DNA of 64,000 nucleotides from a virus: the IMG/VR virus record IMGVR_UViG_3300012984_000012, positions 32,001 through 96,000 of that record. One strand, 5' to 3'. The translations under genes and the position numbers were made by a program. The notes below the pieces were generated by a model. The model did not search any database, was not told the DNA's origin, and saw nothing but the letters and a program-made list of their open reading frames with translations. Numbering within the stretch: position 1 is the stretch's first letter; the number at the start of each line of letters is the position of its first letter. Below, in pieces: positions 29,169 through 38,907 of the stretch.

Positions 29169-31657
29169 CTTGCTGGCAATCCATTGTTAAACTGTTCTAC
29201 GATCACTGCGTTTGTTGCGACTTGTGTTCCTGTCTTGTACGTGTTGAAGACCGGGACTATGACGTAATTGAACGAGCCTTCGTCACGTCTAGACACTGGA
29301 TGTAAGTACTGACAGTTCCCATAGGTAAACTCTGAGTGAGCCTTTCCGACCAACGTTCGAACGCCATGGACGTCTTTCATGATGATGAAATGATCGACAG
29401 CTGAGAGCGAACCTTGAACCTTCCAGGTGATGATGTTCAGAAACTTGTCAAACCTGCTAGCTGAGGCATCGACGACTCGTGCTGGTTCGTCATCAAATGA
29501 CACGTCAACCGATTGCATGAAACCTATCGCGCCATGGGCCATCGGTTCTTTTGCAAACCGGGTTTTCAGGCCAGCCGCTGAAACCAAGGTTCCTTGTGTC
29601 AGGGCGATCGGATGCAAGAACTTTGCTGGGCTAAACGTGTACGTCTTCTTGGTAACCGGATCGACCTTCTTCTTGTTAAGGCTGTCGAACATCGTCTCAG
29701 GTTCACGAAGCAAGGCAGAAACTTCATAACGGTAACGATGGCCTAGCTTTAAAGGCTGAATCGCCTGATTTTTTCTAAGGTCAACGTCGGAAAACTGATC
29801 GGCTGTCACGACCCCGAAGTCCTCTCGGATACCAGTCGTCAGATCGACACGTTGGATGTTGTGTGCGATCAGGTTTTTCAAGAACTCACGTTCCTTATCA
29901 ACGTCACCCTTGAACTGATCGTAGATGTCCTGTTGTTGCAACAACCTCTTCACGACATCGATGTTGTTATCGATGATGGTCGTTGAGATAGAAAACGTAA
30001 CGTTCAAGTCACCCGTTTGATCGACGATCAGATCGTCGATCTTGGTGTCAACCTTACCCGGTGAAGGCTGTAAAAACTCGATCGACGCTGTTCCAGCAAG
30101 CTCTGACGTGCCTGATTCATAGACCAAACGCGCTACGTACTCGTAAATGTTGTTGGGATTGACGTCCTTGTCAACGATTGTCAGGTAATCTGACGTTCTC
30201 ACGGTGTCATCGATCAATGACACCGTCCCGCCAACGTTCCTGTAACTGGTCTCAAACGTCGTCAGGTTCCGAACCTTGAACTCTATCGAGACAACGTGTT
30301 GGGGTATTTGTCGCGCCTCGATCTTGATGCCGATGTCAACAGGGATTACACTCAACGCAAGTGACTTGATCTGCCTATAACGAGAAGGCCTGATGACGAC
30401 GTTGGTAAACTCATAGCCTTGGGTTCCTTGGTTTCCCATTGGAACGACCCGGTATAGGATCGGAGAGTTTTGCGGTGAATCGACCTGAACTAATAGCGAC
30501 TGTTCGTTACGCTTAACGTCATACGTTCCTATCAAGGAGTACGAATCGACGTCCGTGACAGCACGAAAAAACTGCTTCTTGTAGATCTGAACTGACGTCG
30601 CGCCTGGATCGATCTGCTTTATCTCTAGGTTAGCGCGGGTCGACACCTCTGACTTTGTCAGCTTGACAACCGGGGGTCGGCGAGGGGTGTAATACAGTTG
30701 CATGTGTCGTGCTACGTCCAAGGATTTTGAGACTGAGTCGACGGCAACCCTCGATCGACCGTTGATCAGATCAAACTTAACGAAAAAGTGAGAGTTATCA
30801 CTACCGTCCTGCGTTAACGCAGACCTAGGGATGATCAACGTAAGAGCGATCTCAACGGTCGTCTGTGGTTCGTATGTCAGAACCTGAACGACCGTGTCAT
30901 CGCTGACCTGTGACGTGTACGTCGGACGATTGTGGGTCTCCGGAGGAAAGATGTGATAGTTCAAAAGGCGAGTTGAGGGACTGGTCTCGATTTCTATCGC
31001 GTTGCTTGGTCTCAAGATCCCGCCCAGGGCGTCGACAGAGGCGACGCTGCGATCCGTTAAGTCAAAGATATGTGTCGGATCTATTCCCTGGCGAGCGATC
31101 AGGTCATGCATCAACCTGGTCGGATTCTCGTTGATAGACGCTGAGTTAACTGTCGTTATGTCTGTCGTAAAAGCATGTGCAATTTGTGTCAGCAAGGGCT
31201 TGATGTCCGCTCCCTCCTTAACGTCAGACGATGGCATCAAGGTTAGGATCGGTTTGACGAGCTGCTGGATGTTACGAGCGGGGATCTTTGCCCGCAACTG
31301 TGGGATGATCTCGTTATTGATTTTTGTCGAGATGTCACTGTTCCGAGAGGCGACGGTGTAGTCCTGCTGCTGTTTGATTGCGCTTTTCGCGTTAGGCATC
31401 TGTTGCAACACGTTATTGATCAGCGCACGAGTGTTGATGAAACCAAGCTGCGTGTTCTCTAGGATGGGCTTGACTTTGATCGTTCGAGACAGCACGGACA
31501 CGTTGACAGTCAACGCTTCGTTGGCAACCGCATCGTGAGGCTTGATGTTATAGAAGAACTCAAACTCCAGATCGCCGTTCGGATGGATCCTGCGCAAGTG
31601 CGCAAAGTCATCAGCAACGTCTAGAAAGTTATAGCGACGGTTGAACCTAAAGAACAT
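29165..31657 (-). CDS. Putative virion protein with beta-sandwich repeats
   Basis: 830 aa; YEYVARL / YRYEV FN3-like strands. Confidence 0.55.
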   Translation of the reverse strand: MFFRFNRRYNFLDVADDFAHLRRIHPNGDLEFEFFYNIKPHDAVANEALTVNVSVLSRTIKVKPILENTQLGFINTRALINNVLQQMPNAKSAIKQQQDYTVASRNSDISTKINNEIIPQLRAKIPARNIQQLVKPILTLMPSSDVKEGADIKPLLTQIAHAFTTDITTVNSASINENPTRLMHDLIARQGIDPTHIFDLTDRSVASVDALGGILRPSNAIEIETSPSTRLLNYHIFPPETHNRPTYTSQVSDDTVVQVLTYEPQTTVEIALTLIIPRSALTQDGSDNSHFFVKFDLINGRSRVAVDSVSKSLDVARHMQLYYTPRRPPVVKLTKSEVSTRANLEIKQIDPGATSVQIYKKQFFRAVTDVDSYSLIGTYDVKRNEQSLLVQVDSPQNSPILYRVVPMGNQGTQGYEFTNVVIRPSRYRQIKSLALSVIPVDIGIKIEARQIPQHVVSIEFKVRNLTTFETSYRNVGGTVSLIDDTVRTSDYLTIVDKDVNPNNIYEYVARLVYESGTSELAGTASIEFLQPSPGKVDTKIDDLIVDQTGDLNVTFSISTTIIDNNIDVVKRLLQQQDIYDQFKGDVDKEREFLKNLIAHNIQRVDLTTGIREDFGVVTADQFSDVDLRKNQAIQPLKLGHRYRYEVSALLREPETMFDSLNKKKVDPVTKKTYTFSPAKFLHPIALTQGTLVSAAGLKTRFAKEPMAHGAIGFMQSVDVSFDDEPARVVDASASRFDKFLNIITWKVQGSLSAVDHFIIMKDVHGVRTLVGKAHSEFTYGNCQYLHPVSRRDEGSFNYVIVPVFNTYKTGTQVATNAVIVEQFNNGLPAR

Positions 31658-31663
31658 TGCGCA

Positions 31664-32674
31664 TCACCCAAAGACTAACGTGAAGAGATGGACGAAAATG
31701 TTGGTGCCGTTGTCGTCAGTCAACACTTTACCTGCGAAAAAAGCGTGTTTTCGGCGCCCTTGCCACGTATACAAACCGTAATCAATGACGTCTAGCTTTT
31801 TCATGACGTTAAAATTGACCTCGAAAAACTGTCCGACCAGGTTGTTCTTCAACGACGTTGGATCAAAATTGATAGTTCGAGCATAACCCATTCGACCGTA
31901 GTGATCGAGCTCGTGTTCTAATTGCCAAGGAGTCAAGCCTTGGGTGTGAGGACGACCCCAAGGCTTATAGTAGCCCAGGTGCGATTGCCAGGTCAGACGA
32001 TGGTCCCTCTTGTCAATCGACTTGTCATCGAGCTTGTTGATGGGTGGCAGGTACTTAAAGTTTCTGACCTTGCTAAACCTAACGTCTTGAAACAAGCTCT
32101 CCAGGCTGGAGATATGTGTGATGTGGGTCGTGGCATCAGGTATGGGTTTGTCATTGTGAATGACGTACTCGATCTGCTTGTTTCCCATCTCAAAACCATC
32201 GTCTTCAAAGACGGGATCCTTCGTTCCGATCAGTTGCAACTTTGTAAAGTTGTCGATCGATGAAGCCAAAAGCGTCGCTGCCGTTGAGTTGAATTGCTCG
32301 CCGCTCAGGATGCTTACGCTTTGAGACGAGCCTGTCAGCACTGACGATGACAACGCAGTGTATGAATACGTCAATGAATAGTCAAGGATCTGACCGTCCT
32401 TGACGTTGATGCCATTGCTGTTTTGAAATGCGCTTAGACGACCAGCGTCAGACGCCTCAAGCGTGATCTGATCTTGGGGTAGGTGAGCTTGCTCGAAGTA
32501 GATTCGAGACGTCGCGTCAGCAGACCCAGACGCTATGTCACCACGATAGTACGTTCCCGTATCAGTAAAAGAAACGTACTCAATCTTCAGCTTGGCGCTG
32601 GCGATCTGACGCCTGCCCTCAAGGGTGACGATCGTGTCCATGACACGAGACTTCGAATCCAAAATTCCCGACAT
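31664..32674 (-). CDS. Virion structural protein
   Basis: MSGILD...MDTIVTLEGRRQIA...YVSFTD N-terminus, related to 22170-22886. Confidence 0.6.
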   Translation of the reverse strand: MSGILDSKSRVMDTIVTLEGRRQIASAKLKIEYVSFTDTGTYYRGDIASGSADATSRIYFEQAHLPQDQITLEASDAGRLSAFQNSNGINVKDGQILDYSLTYSYTALSSSVLTGSSQSVSILSGEQFNSTAATLLASSIDNFTKLQLIGTKDPVFEDDGFEMGNKQIEYVIHNDKPIPDATTHITHISSLESLFQDVRFSKVRNFKYLPPINKLDDKSIDKRDHRLTWQSHLGYYKPWGRPHTQGLTPWQLEHELDHYGRMGYARTINFDPTSLKNNLVGQFFEVNFNVMKKLDVIDYGLYTWQGRRKHAFFAGKVLTDDNGTNIFVHLFTLVFG

Positions 32675-32713
32675 GCAATAGCAATTATACGCCAGGACAT
32701 GAGAGCAAGCTAC

Positions 32714-32908
32714 CTACATGCGACGAAGACGAATTCGTACTGGTTGTTGACGCATAAATGAATACGTCCTCTTGAAACGTGTCAGATCTCTCACCTGCTC
32801 GTCTTGTTCAGGATCGTCTGACTCAACCGTCGACTCTACCTTGTGTTGCCTGTAGTACGAGTATGTCTTCTGGAAACGGGTGGCGTCTTTGACGGTTGAG
32901 CTTGGCAC
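32714..32908 (-). CDS. Small protein with internal tandem repeat
   Basis: VKDATRFQKTYSYYRQ / VRDLTRFKRTYSFMRQ. Confidence 0.55.
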   Translation of the reverse strand: MPSSTVKDATRFQKTYSYYRQHKVESTVESDDPEQDEQVRDLTRFKRTYSFMRQQPVRIRLRRM

Positions 32909-32926
32909 TAAACTAGGTAGTCCGTG

Positions 32927-34318
32927 CTACAGAATTTGAGAGGCTAACGTAGCTAGTTGACTGCGTTCGCCTTTCATGAGCGTCACGTGGCCCGCGATCG
33001 GATAGTCCTTGAAGCGCTCGACCGCGCAGGTCAGACCGTTAGTGTACGCATCAACGTGAATGTTATCGATCTGTTCGATGTCACCAGTCAACACGATCTT
33101 TGTCCCATCACCGACCCGGGTGATGATCGTCTTCAATTCATGCATCGACAAGTTTTGTGCCTCATCGATGATGATCATTGCGTTTGGAATCGAACGACCT
33201 CTGATGAAAGTGATCGCTTCAATCTCGATCAGGCCTCTTTCCTGTAGCATCGACAGATACATTCCGTCATCGTGTTCAGGTTTGCCTGCGTTGTTCGCTG
33301 ATTTCTTCCGAGCTCGTCCAGGACGCTTGTTGTTGACGAGAAAGTTGAGATTGTCACGAATGGGAGCGATCCAAGGTTCCATCTTCTCTTCGAGGGTGCC
33401 TGGCAAGAACCCGACTTCTTTTCCGACTGGTTGGATCGGGCGAGTCACGATCAGCTTTTCATAGCGGGCCGTCGCCTCATTTCCCAAACCTTTCAATTGC
33501 TCTAAGCCTGCCGCAACAGCAAGTAAGGTCTTACCCGTTCCCGACGGGCCAACAAGCGTCAATAGCTTGATCTCTGGATCGAACAAGAGGTCAAGCGAAA
33601 AGCTTTGCTCTTTGTTCCGGGGCTTTAGACCGAATGCGTTATCGATCTTTGCGACCGGAACGAGGATTGAACCGACACCAATAAACTTCGTGATAGCTGA
33701 TTTGGCAGTATGCCCACCGATCACGTGTTTGATGACAACGATCTGGTTCGGACAGAGGTTTCGCTCCTTGATCAGATCAGCTGACACGTCAAGCTTTCCT
33801 GTCTTGTAAAAGAGATCAACATCTGCCTCAGGTAGCTCGAGTACCTCGACGCCGCGATAGAATTTTTGAGGATCGTTAGCGACCCTCATCTTGAGGTAGT
33901 CCTCACACTTGATTCCGAGGCTGTCACACTTGATGCGTACGTTGATGTCCTTCGACACCAAGACGCCTTCGGTGCCTTTCAACGAAAGCATGAAGGCGAT
34001 GATCAGGTTGTCAACTTTGTCGGCTTGAAGCTCTGTCGGAACGTCCTTCAAGGTGCCCTTGTCGATGGACACGATCTTTAACGTTCCACCTTCACGAAGA
34101 GGCACCCCACTCACTAGACTGTTGCCACTCGAGCGCATGTCATCTAGTGTTCTGCTTACCTGTCTGGCGTTACGCCCCACCTCGTCTGACCTGCTCTTAT
34201 GGCGATCTAGCTCTTCTAGGACAGCCATGGGAATGATCAGATCGTTCTCTTGAAACGAAAAGATCGAGTTTGGGTCGCTCAAGAGCACATTCGTATCTAA
34301 GACGTACGTCTTCTTCAT
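32927..34318 (-). CDS. phoH: PIN-PhoH (PhoH2/YlaK-like) protein
   Basis: VLDTNVLL PIN domain; GPSGTGKT, GFLPG, RGRS, DEAQN, GDIEQID. Confidence 0.92.
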   Translation of the reverse strand: MKKTYVLDTNVLLSDPNSIFSFQENDLIIPMAVLEELDRHKSRSDEVGRNARQVSRTLDDMRSSGNSLVSGVPLREGGTLKIVSIDKGTLKDVPTELQADKVDNLIIAFMLSLKGTEGVLVSKDINVRIKCDSLGIKCEDYLKMRVANDPQKFYRGVEVLELPEADVDLFYKTGKLDVSADLIKERNLCPNQIVVIKHVIGGHTAKSAITKFIGVGSILVPVAKIDNAFGLKPRNKEQSFSLDLLFDPEIKLLTLVGPSGTGKTLLAVAAGLEQLKGLGNEATARYEKLIVTRPIQPVGKEVGFLPGTLEEKMEPWIAPIRDNLNFLVNNKRPGRARKKSANNAGKPEHDDGMYLSMLQERGLIEIEAITFIRGRSIPNAMIIIDEAQNLSMHELKTIITRVGDGTKIVLTGDIEQIDNIHVDAYTNGLTCAVERFKDYPIAGHVTLMKGERSQLATLASQIL

Positions 34319-34416
34319 GTAATCGTGACTCCGGTTTTCAAAGAGAGGGTTCTAGTTGATTTCTTGTACATGAACGCCGCTGTTACTACCTTATACCAGG
34401 TAGGACCAAACAGGCA

Positions 34417-34704
34417 ATGCAAGAGAGTAAAAGACGCCTCACAGTCATCCAAGGGAAGACTGAAGGTAAGCGTATCGTTGAAGGAACTACGTGCTTTGCT
34501 GCACAGTCCAAACACAACGTTGACTGTCAACGAAACAACTGTCCTCAGTGGATCAGTCATTCCCAGAGTCACAACTGTGTGTTGCTCGCTGCTCAGGAAG
34601 GTCCTCACACGTTACAAAAGATAGGTCAAATCTACGGTCTGACACGGATGAGAATCTGTCAGATTGAGAAGGGGATCTTCGAGAAGATTAGAGAAATCAG
34701 CTAG
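34417..34704 (+). CDS. Sigma70 region-4 HTH protein with Cys-rich N-terminus
   Basis: HTLQKIGQIYGLTRMRICQIEK; four upstream Cys. Confidence 0.75.
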   Translation: MQESKRRLTVIQGKTEGKRIVEGTTCFAAQSKHNVDCQRNNCPQWISHSQSHNCVLLAAQEGPHTLQKIGQIYGLTRMRICQIEKGIFEKIREIS

Positions 34705-35083
34705 CAGCTGGTTCTTCTGCTTTCTTTTCGTCCTTCTCTTCTTTCTTGACTGCAGCCTTCACAGGCGGGGTCTTATCATCCTTCTTCGCTTCGACCTTGG
34801 GCTCTGATTTTTCTGGCTCAGGTCTGACCTCTGTCTTCATTGGCTCATCATCTTTTTTAGCCGGGGGAGACTTTGGAGGGTCAACCTTCACGGGTTTCTT
34901 GACGTCAGCTTCGACAACAGGGACCTTGGGTTCTTCAACGTGTCGTGGGACAACGAGCGCTGGGGCGGGCACGCTGGTTGCGACGTGCTTCAAGCGACCA
35001 GCGCGAGCAATCTCTCGGTGGTGTGTCTTGGGATCGAGCTTCAGGTCGTGGATGTCTCTTAGCACAGCTTTGGGTGACGGCAT
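34697..35083 (-). CDS. Pro/Lys/Glu-rich low-complexity protein
   Basis: 128-aa ORF; GAGG RBS; TACTTA upstream. Confidence 0.55.
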   Translation of the reverse strand: MPSPKAVLRDIHDLKLDPKTHHREIARAGRLKHVATSVPAPALVVPRHVEEPKVPVVEADVKKPVKVDPPKSPPAKKDDEPMKTEVRPEPEKSEPKVEAKKDDKTPPVKAAVKKEEKDEKKAEEPAAS

Positions 35084-35127
35084 GTCTCTTGTTCCTCAAT
35101 GAGTAAGTAGGTCTCTAGAGACGACGA

Positions 35128-35148
35128 AGCCCTGACAATTGCCAGGGC
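35128..35148 (-). terminator. Putative terminator hairpin after the Hc1-like gene
   Basis: GCCCTG-N8-CAGGGC inverted repeat; weak U-tract. Confidence 0.35.
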
Positions 35149-35180
35149 CACTTGTGTCGTTCAGTTTTGAAGCGCTGAAA

Positions 35181-35405
35181 TCAGGCCTTGGGAGCCTTCG
35201 GCGGCTTGGCCGCTTTCTTGGCCTTGTCGAGTTCGACGGTCGTCTTGACGAGATCGGCAGCGCGACCCTTCAGGTCGCGAAGGCCCTTGCGAACCCTGAC
35301 GCCAGCGGCGGCGACGCCGCGTGCGCTCTTCTGCAGGTCGAGCTCCAGAGTCTCAACGAGCGTCTTCAGTTCACCCCATTTTGCTAGCACTGTATTGTCA
35401 TCCAT
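35181..35405 (-). CDS. Histone H1-like nucleoid protein (Hc1 family)
   Basis: ELKTLVETLELDLQK...GVAAAGVRVRKGL, Lys/Ala/Pro tail. Confidence 0.75.
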   Translation of the reverse strand: MDDNTVLAKWGELKTLVETLELDLQKSARGVAAAGVRVRKGLRDLKGRAADLVKTTVELDKAKKAAKPPKAPKA

Positions 35406-35476
35406 TGGTCATTACCTCCGAGCATAAGTATACACACCAGGGTGGGTGAGTAAACTAAAAGCTCTGCTAACGCACG

Positions 35477-37156
35477 TCAGGGACTAGAAAGCGACTTCGA
35501 AAAGTCTGATGGAAACAGCGACTTGTTGCGCTGGTAGAAGTAGTCCCAATCCTCATCGAGGATGTATGAAGTGGCGTGATCCGTGTCGTTTCTGATGCTA
35601 CGACCCATCGCCTGGATGACAGACTTGACCGTCTGGAACGGGTACCACTTTGGGTCTCGTGACTTTCTCTTCTTGACAACCTTGTCTCCCAGGTAAGGAA
35701 ACGGGACCTTGCAAAGTATCTGGAAACGGCTTGCGTCGTCAGCCAGGTCGACTCCTTCCATCATGCTCGGTGACAGCAACACAGTCGGCTTCGTTCCGTT
35801 GACATGGTTCTTGAGGACCTGATCCCTGTTCTCTGAGTTATGAATCAGCAACCTGTCTGACTTCACGTTCTCATACAGGTACTGAGCGATCTTGAAATTG
35901 ACACAATGAACGATCCCCTTGTCGTTAGCATGCTGTTCCATGAGCATCTTGACGACCTCTGTCATCTTGGGTAGCGTCGACTGTATGTTGTCCATCGACA
36001 TCTTACCGGTCGGCAAGAAGTGTATGGGTCTGTTCTCGACCGGAAACGGTGACGGGATCCTGAGAAACGCAACGTCAGACGGGTTTAAGCCTATCGTCCT
36101 GCAGAACACGTCGCGGTCGACGACGGTCGCTGACATCAGCAACACTCGCGATCCGAACCCATACAACATGTCGTACCCGTAGCTCGAGACGTCGATCGGT
36201 TTGAACTCATACCGGCGCTGGGCGCGAGCTCCAGCTGGTGGCTCGACGACGTTCATCACCCAGTTCTCAGCATTGAACGATGTGATGAACCGATTGACCT
36301 TACAGATGTGCTTGTCAAGCATCTCGTATTGTTTGCTGTACTCTCCGAACCCAGCCATGCCCGAGCTAAAACGACTCTCGAGTGCCTTTTCGAGTCTCTG
36401 GAGGTGCTTCGCCAGCGTAGGTTGGTATGTCTTCCTGATCCATTCGAACACGATCAGCGCTCGCTTCTCTTCGTCGCCCTTCAGGGTCGGCAGCTTGCAT
36501 TTCAGGACCTCCTTTGCGAACTTTTCAGAGAAGGTTACTTCGATGAACTTGCCGAGCTCGGCCTCGATGTTGTGACACTCGTCGATGACTAACATCTGTC
36601 GAGGCTTGATCGTTTTAGCGTACATCGTTTCAGCCAAGAAGTACGAGAAGTTCGTGATGCTGATCATCGATTGCATGAAAGCATCTTTCTCAATCTTGTA
36701 CGGGCACTGTTGTTGACAACACTTCCAAAAGTCAGTGCCGACTAATTGCTTGCCCAGTTTGCTCAGGATCCTTCGTGACTCACCGCAATTTTGGTCCTTG
36801 TAAAAGTTGCACGTGAAATTGCTGCTCGACTTGATGCTGCACAGCAGGTTTTTCCTGCCAGGGCCAAAGTCGTTAACGTACTGCTCTTGAAGGACTTTTT
36901 GGGTCGTCAACACGTACGCGCCAGCGGCGTTGCTTGCCTCTTCCGTGCTCATGAGATCCGGACGAGGGTTTGCAGCTAGGTATCGCGCGATCGTTATCCC
37001 TGTTGCTGACTTCCCACAGCCGGTTCCCATCTCAAGGATGACGAACCTCTTTCCTTCGACAAGATACGCGTCAAGAGCAAACTCGATAGCCTGTCGTTGT
37101 TCGTCTCTGATTTTTGAGAACGGAAAGAAACCATCGTAGCTGTGCTTTGACACCAT
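35477..37156 (-). CDS. DinG/Rad3-family SF2 helicase
   Basis: GTGCGKS, DECH, MSAT, EGVD, KVPFP, QAMGRSIR; Cys cluster. Confidence 0.9.
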   Translation of the reverse strand: MVSKHSYDGFFPFSKIRDEQRQAIEFALDAYLVEGKRFVILEMGTGCGKSATGITIARYLAANPRPDLMSTEEASNAAGAYVLTTQKVLQEQYVNDFGPGRKNLLCSIKSSSNFTCNFYKDQNCGESRRILSKLGKQLVGTDFWKCCQQQCPYKIEKDAFMQSMISITNFSYFLAETMYAKTIKPRQMLVIDECHNIEAELGKFIEVTFSEKFAKEVLKCKLPTLKGDEEKRALIVFEWIRKTYQPTLAKHLQRLEKALESRFSSGMAGFGEYSKQYEMLDKHICKVNRFITSFNAENWVMNVVEPPAGARAQRRYEFKPIDVSSYGYDMLYGFGSRVLLMSATVVDRDVFCRTIGLNPSDVAFLRIPSPFPVENRPIHFLPTGKMSMDNIQSTLPKMTEVVKMLMEQHANDKGIVHCVNFKIAQYLYENVKSDRLLIHNSENRDQVLKNHVNGTKPTVLLSPSMMEGVDLADDASRFQILCKVPFPYLGDKVVKKRKSRDPKWYPFQTVKSVIQAMGRSIRNDTDHATSYILDEDWDYFYQRNKSLFPSDFSKSLSSP

Positions 37157-37191
37157 GCAGTCACACTACATCACGTCAAGGCGGTACTACA

Positions 37192-37812
37192 CTACTTCTT
37201 TAGCTTGACATCGCCGATAATGCGATCGACGATTCCCATCCGAATTGCTTCATCGGCGGTGATGTAATAATCGTGACCAGCTTTCATGATATCTTCGATC
37301 TCTTCGAGCTTTAGGTTCGTCTCCGCGGCGAGCGAGTTGACCATCAGATCATGAAGTCGACGGTGTTCTTTCGTCTCATGCATCACTTCAAAGACGTTTC
37401 CGATCGCACCACCAGAAACTGGGTGCATCATGATGCGAGCAGACTTTCCGATCATTCGCTTACCTTTTTCGCCAGCTGCGAGCAACAGGACTCCTGCAGA
37501 CATCACCTTGCCCAGGGCGATCGTGTGAACCTGGCACGGTAGGAATTTCACCGTGTCATAAAGGCTGAACATCTCATCGACGGAACCTCCGTACGTTGAC
37601 ACGACCATGTATATCGGATCCCTGCTGATGTTAGCGAGGTGTAGAAGTTGGGCGATGACCGCAGAGATCGTATGTTCGTTAACGTCACCATGCAACACGA
37701 CGATCCTTGAGTTGTCGGGCTGCTGGGCCATCATGAACTGTTCTAACGCATCAGGACCGTTTGCGCTAGGAACGTTTCGTTTCGTGGCGCTCTCAAGTGT
37801 TGGACGACCCAT
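37192..37812 (-). CDS. clpP: ClpP-like protease subunit
   Basis: STYGGSV, VMSAG (Ser), IMMHP (His), DYYITADEA (Asp). Confidence 0.88.
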   Translation of the reverse strand: MGRPTLESATKRNVPSANGPDALEQFMMAQQPDNSRIVVLHGDVNEHTISAVIAQLLHLANISRDPIYMVVSTYGGSVDEMFSLYDTVKFLPCQVHTIALGKVMSAGVLLLAAGEKGKRMIGKSARIMMHPVSGGAIGNVFEVMHETKEHRRLHDLMVNSLAAETNLKLEEIEDIMKAGHDYYITADEAIRMGIVDRIIGDVKLKK

Positions 37813-38053
37813 TTAACTCTCCCTCTTCGACTTGACCTGACAGGAAGATCCTCTTTCCAGTTACGTCATTGACGACTGACGTTATCGCTTGTGCGTGTTC
37901 GTGATTTTCAAGCTCCTGTGCTAGGAGATATATGATGAACGTCTTCTGGCGTTCAGTGATTCCAAGCAACGAGATCTCTCTGACCAGTTGTCGACAGATC
38001 AAGTTTTCTTCAGCTAGCTTTTCAGAGTTTAGCTTACCATACATCGTTGTCAT
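37793..38053 (-). CDS. Hypothetical protein
   Basis: 86-aa ORF overlapping neighbours. Confidence 0.55.
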   Translation of the reverse strand: MTTMYGKLNSEKLAEENLICRQLVREISLLGITERQKTFIIYLLAQELENHEHAQAITSVVNDVTGKRIFLSGQVEEGELNGSSNT

Positions 38054-38517
38054 TTGACGACCTCGGCTCGTTCGTATGTTTCGATCTTGAACATCTTTTC
38101 TCCCAGCAAACGAATGTACTTTCCTTGCTTCGTGTCGCCTTCAGTGTCTGACGTTAACACGACAAAGTTGCCCCATTGTTGGGTCTCAAAAATGAACTGC
38201 ACGGCCTCCCAAGTGGGAAGGTCAGCATGATTGTTTTCCAGCACGGCAACAAGTTGTTCGGGCAGTGATGACTTGATGTCATCGACTGACAGTATGGAAC
38301 CCATCGCTTCACGACCTTGGATGATCTCAGAGCGACCTATTTCCGTGACTCGGTGTATCACGCCGCAGTTTGTGCATTGGGCAAATTTGGGTTTGACGAC
38401 GTTGTCGTCGCCAATGACAGAGAAAACAGTGAACTGGTGTTGCAAGGGATGGACGGCATGTTTGAACTGTGGCAACACACACCGACACTTGACCAGATGT
38501 TTTTGACCCGAACTCAC
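38050..38517 (-). CDS. Hypothetical zinc-binding protein
   Basis: CRC and CTNCGVIH; GTG start with GAGG RBS. Confidence 0.6.
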   Translation of the reverse strand: MSSGQKHLVKCRCVLPQFKHAVHPLQHQFTVFSVIGDDNVVKPKFAQCTNCGVIHRVTEIGRSEIIQGREAMGSILSVDDIKSSLPEQLVAVLENNHADLPTWEAVQFIFETQQWGNFVVLTSDTEGDTKQGKYIRLLGEKMFKIETYERAEVVK

Positions 38518-38571
38518 GTTCGTACCTCTACTGTTTCAGAAACGCAAAGAGACCCTTGAAGGGTTTGAAGG

Positions 38572-38841
38572 TCACTTTTTTTTCGCGGTCAGCGGAGGCA
38601 ACTCTGCCTCAGACACGGCCTCAGAGATGCACGTGTTGACGCTATTCATGAAGTTCTTGTGACCGCGATGGTAGCCTTCGTCTGCAGACGCTGCGATGAG
38701 TGACAGCAGTTTTTCGACGCTGGCAGCTTCGATCTTCAGCTGACCCCCGCGAATCGCGTTGACCAGATTTTGAGCCACGGTGTCCTTGACGCTCTCGTGG
38801 AGTGTCCATGATGTTTTACCGATCTTGTCTCGAGGTTGCAT
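38572..38841 (-). CDS. Hypothetical protein (possible -1 frameshift extension to 38528)
   Basis: Start revised to ATG 38841 (MQPRDKIG); ends GCG AAA AAA AAG TGA. Confidence 0.55.
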   Translation of the reverse strand: MQPRDKIGKTSWTLHESVKDTVAQNLVNAIRGGQLKIEAASVEKLLSLIAASADEGYHRGHKNFMNSVNTCISEAVSEAELPPLTAKKK

Positions 38842-38907
38842 GTTGGATCCCTTACTGTCTGATAGTACCTGCCTACTTAGAAGAAGTAAACACTCGGAGA
38901 ACCGTTG

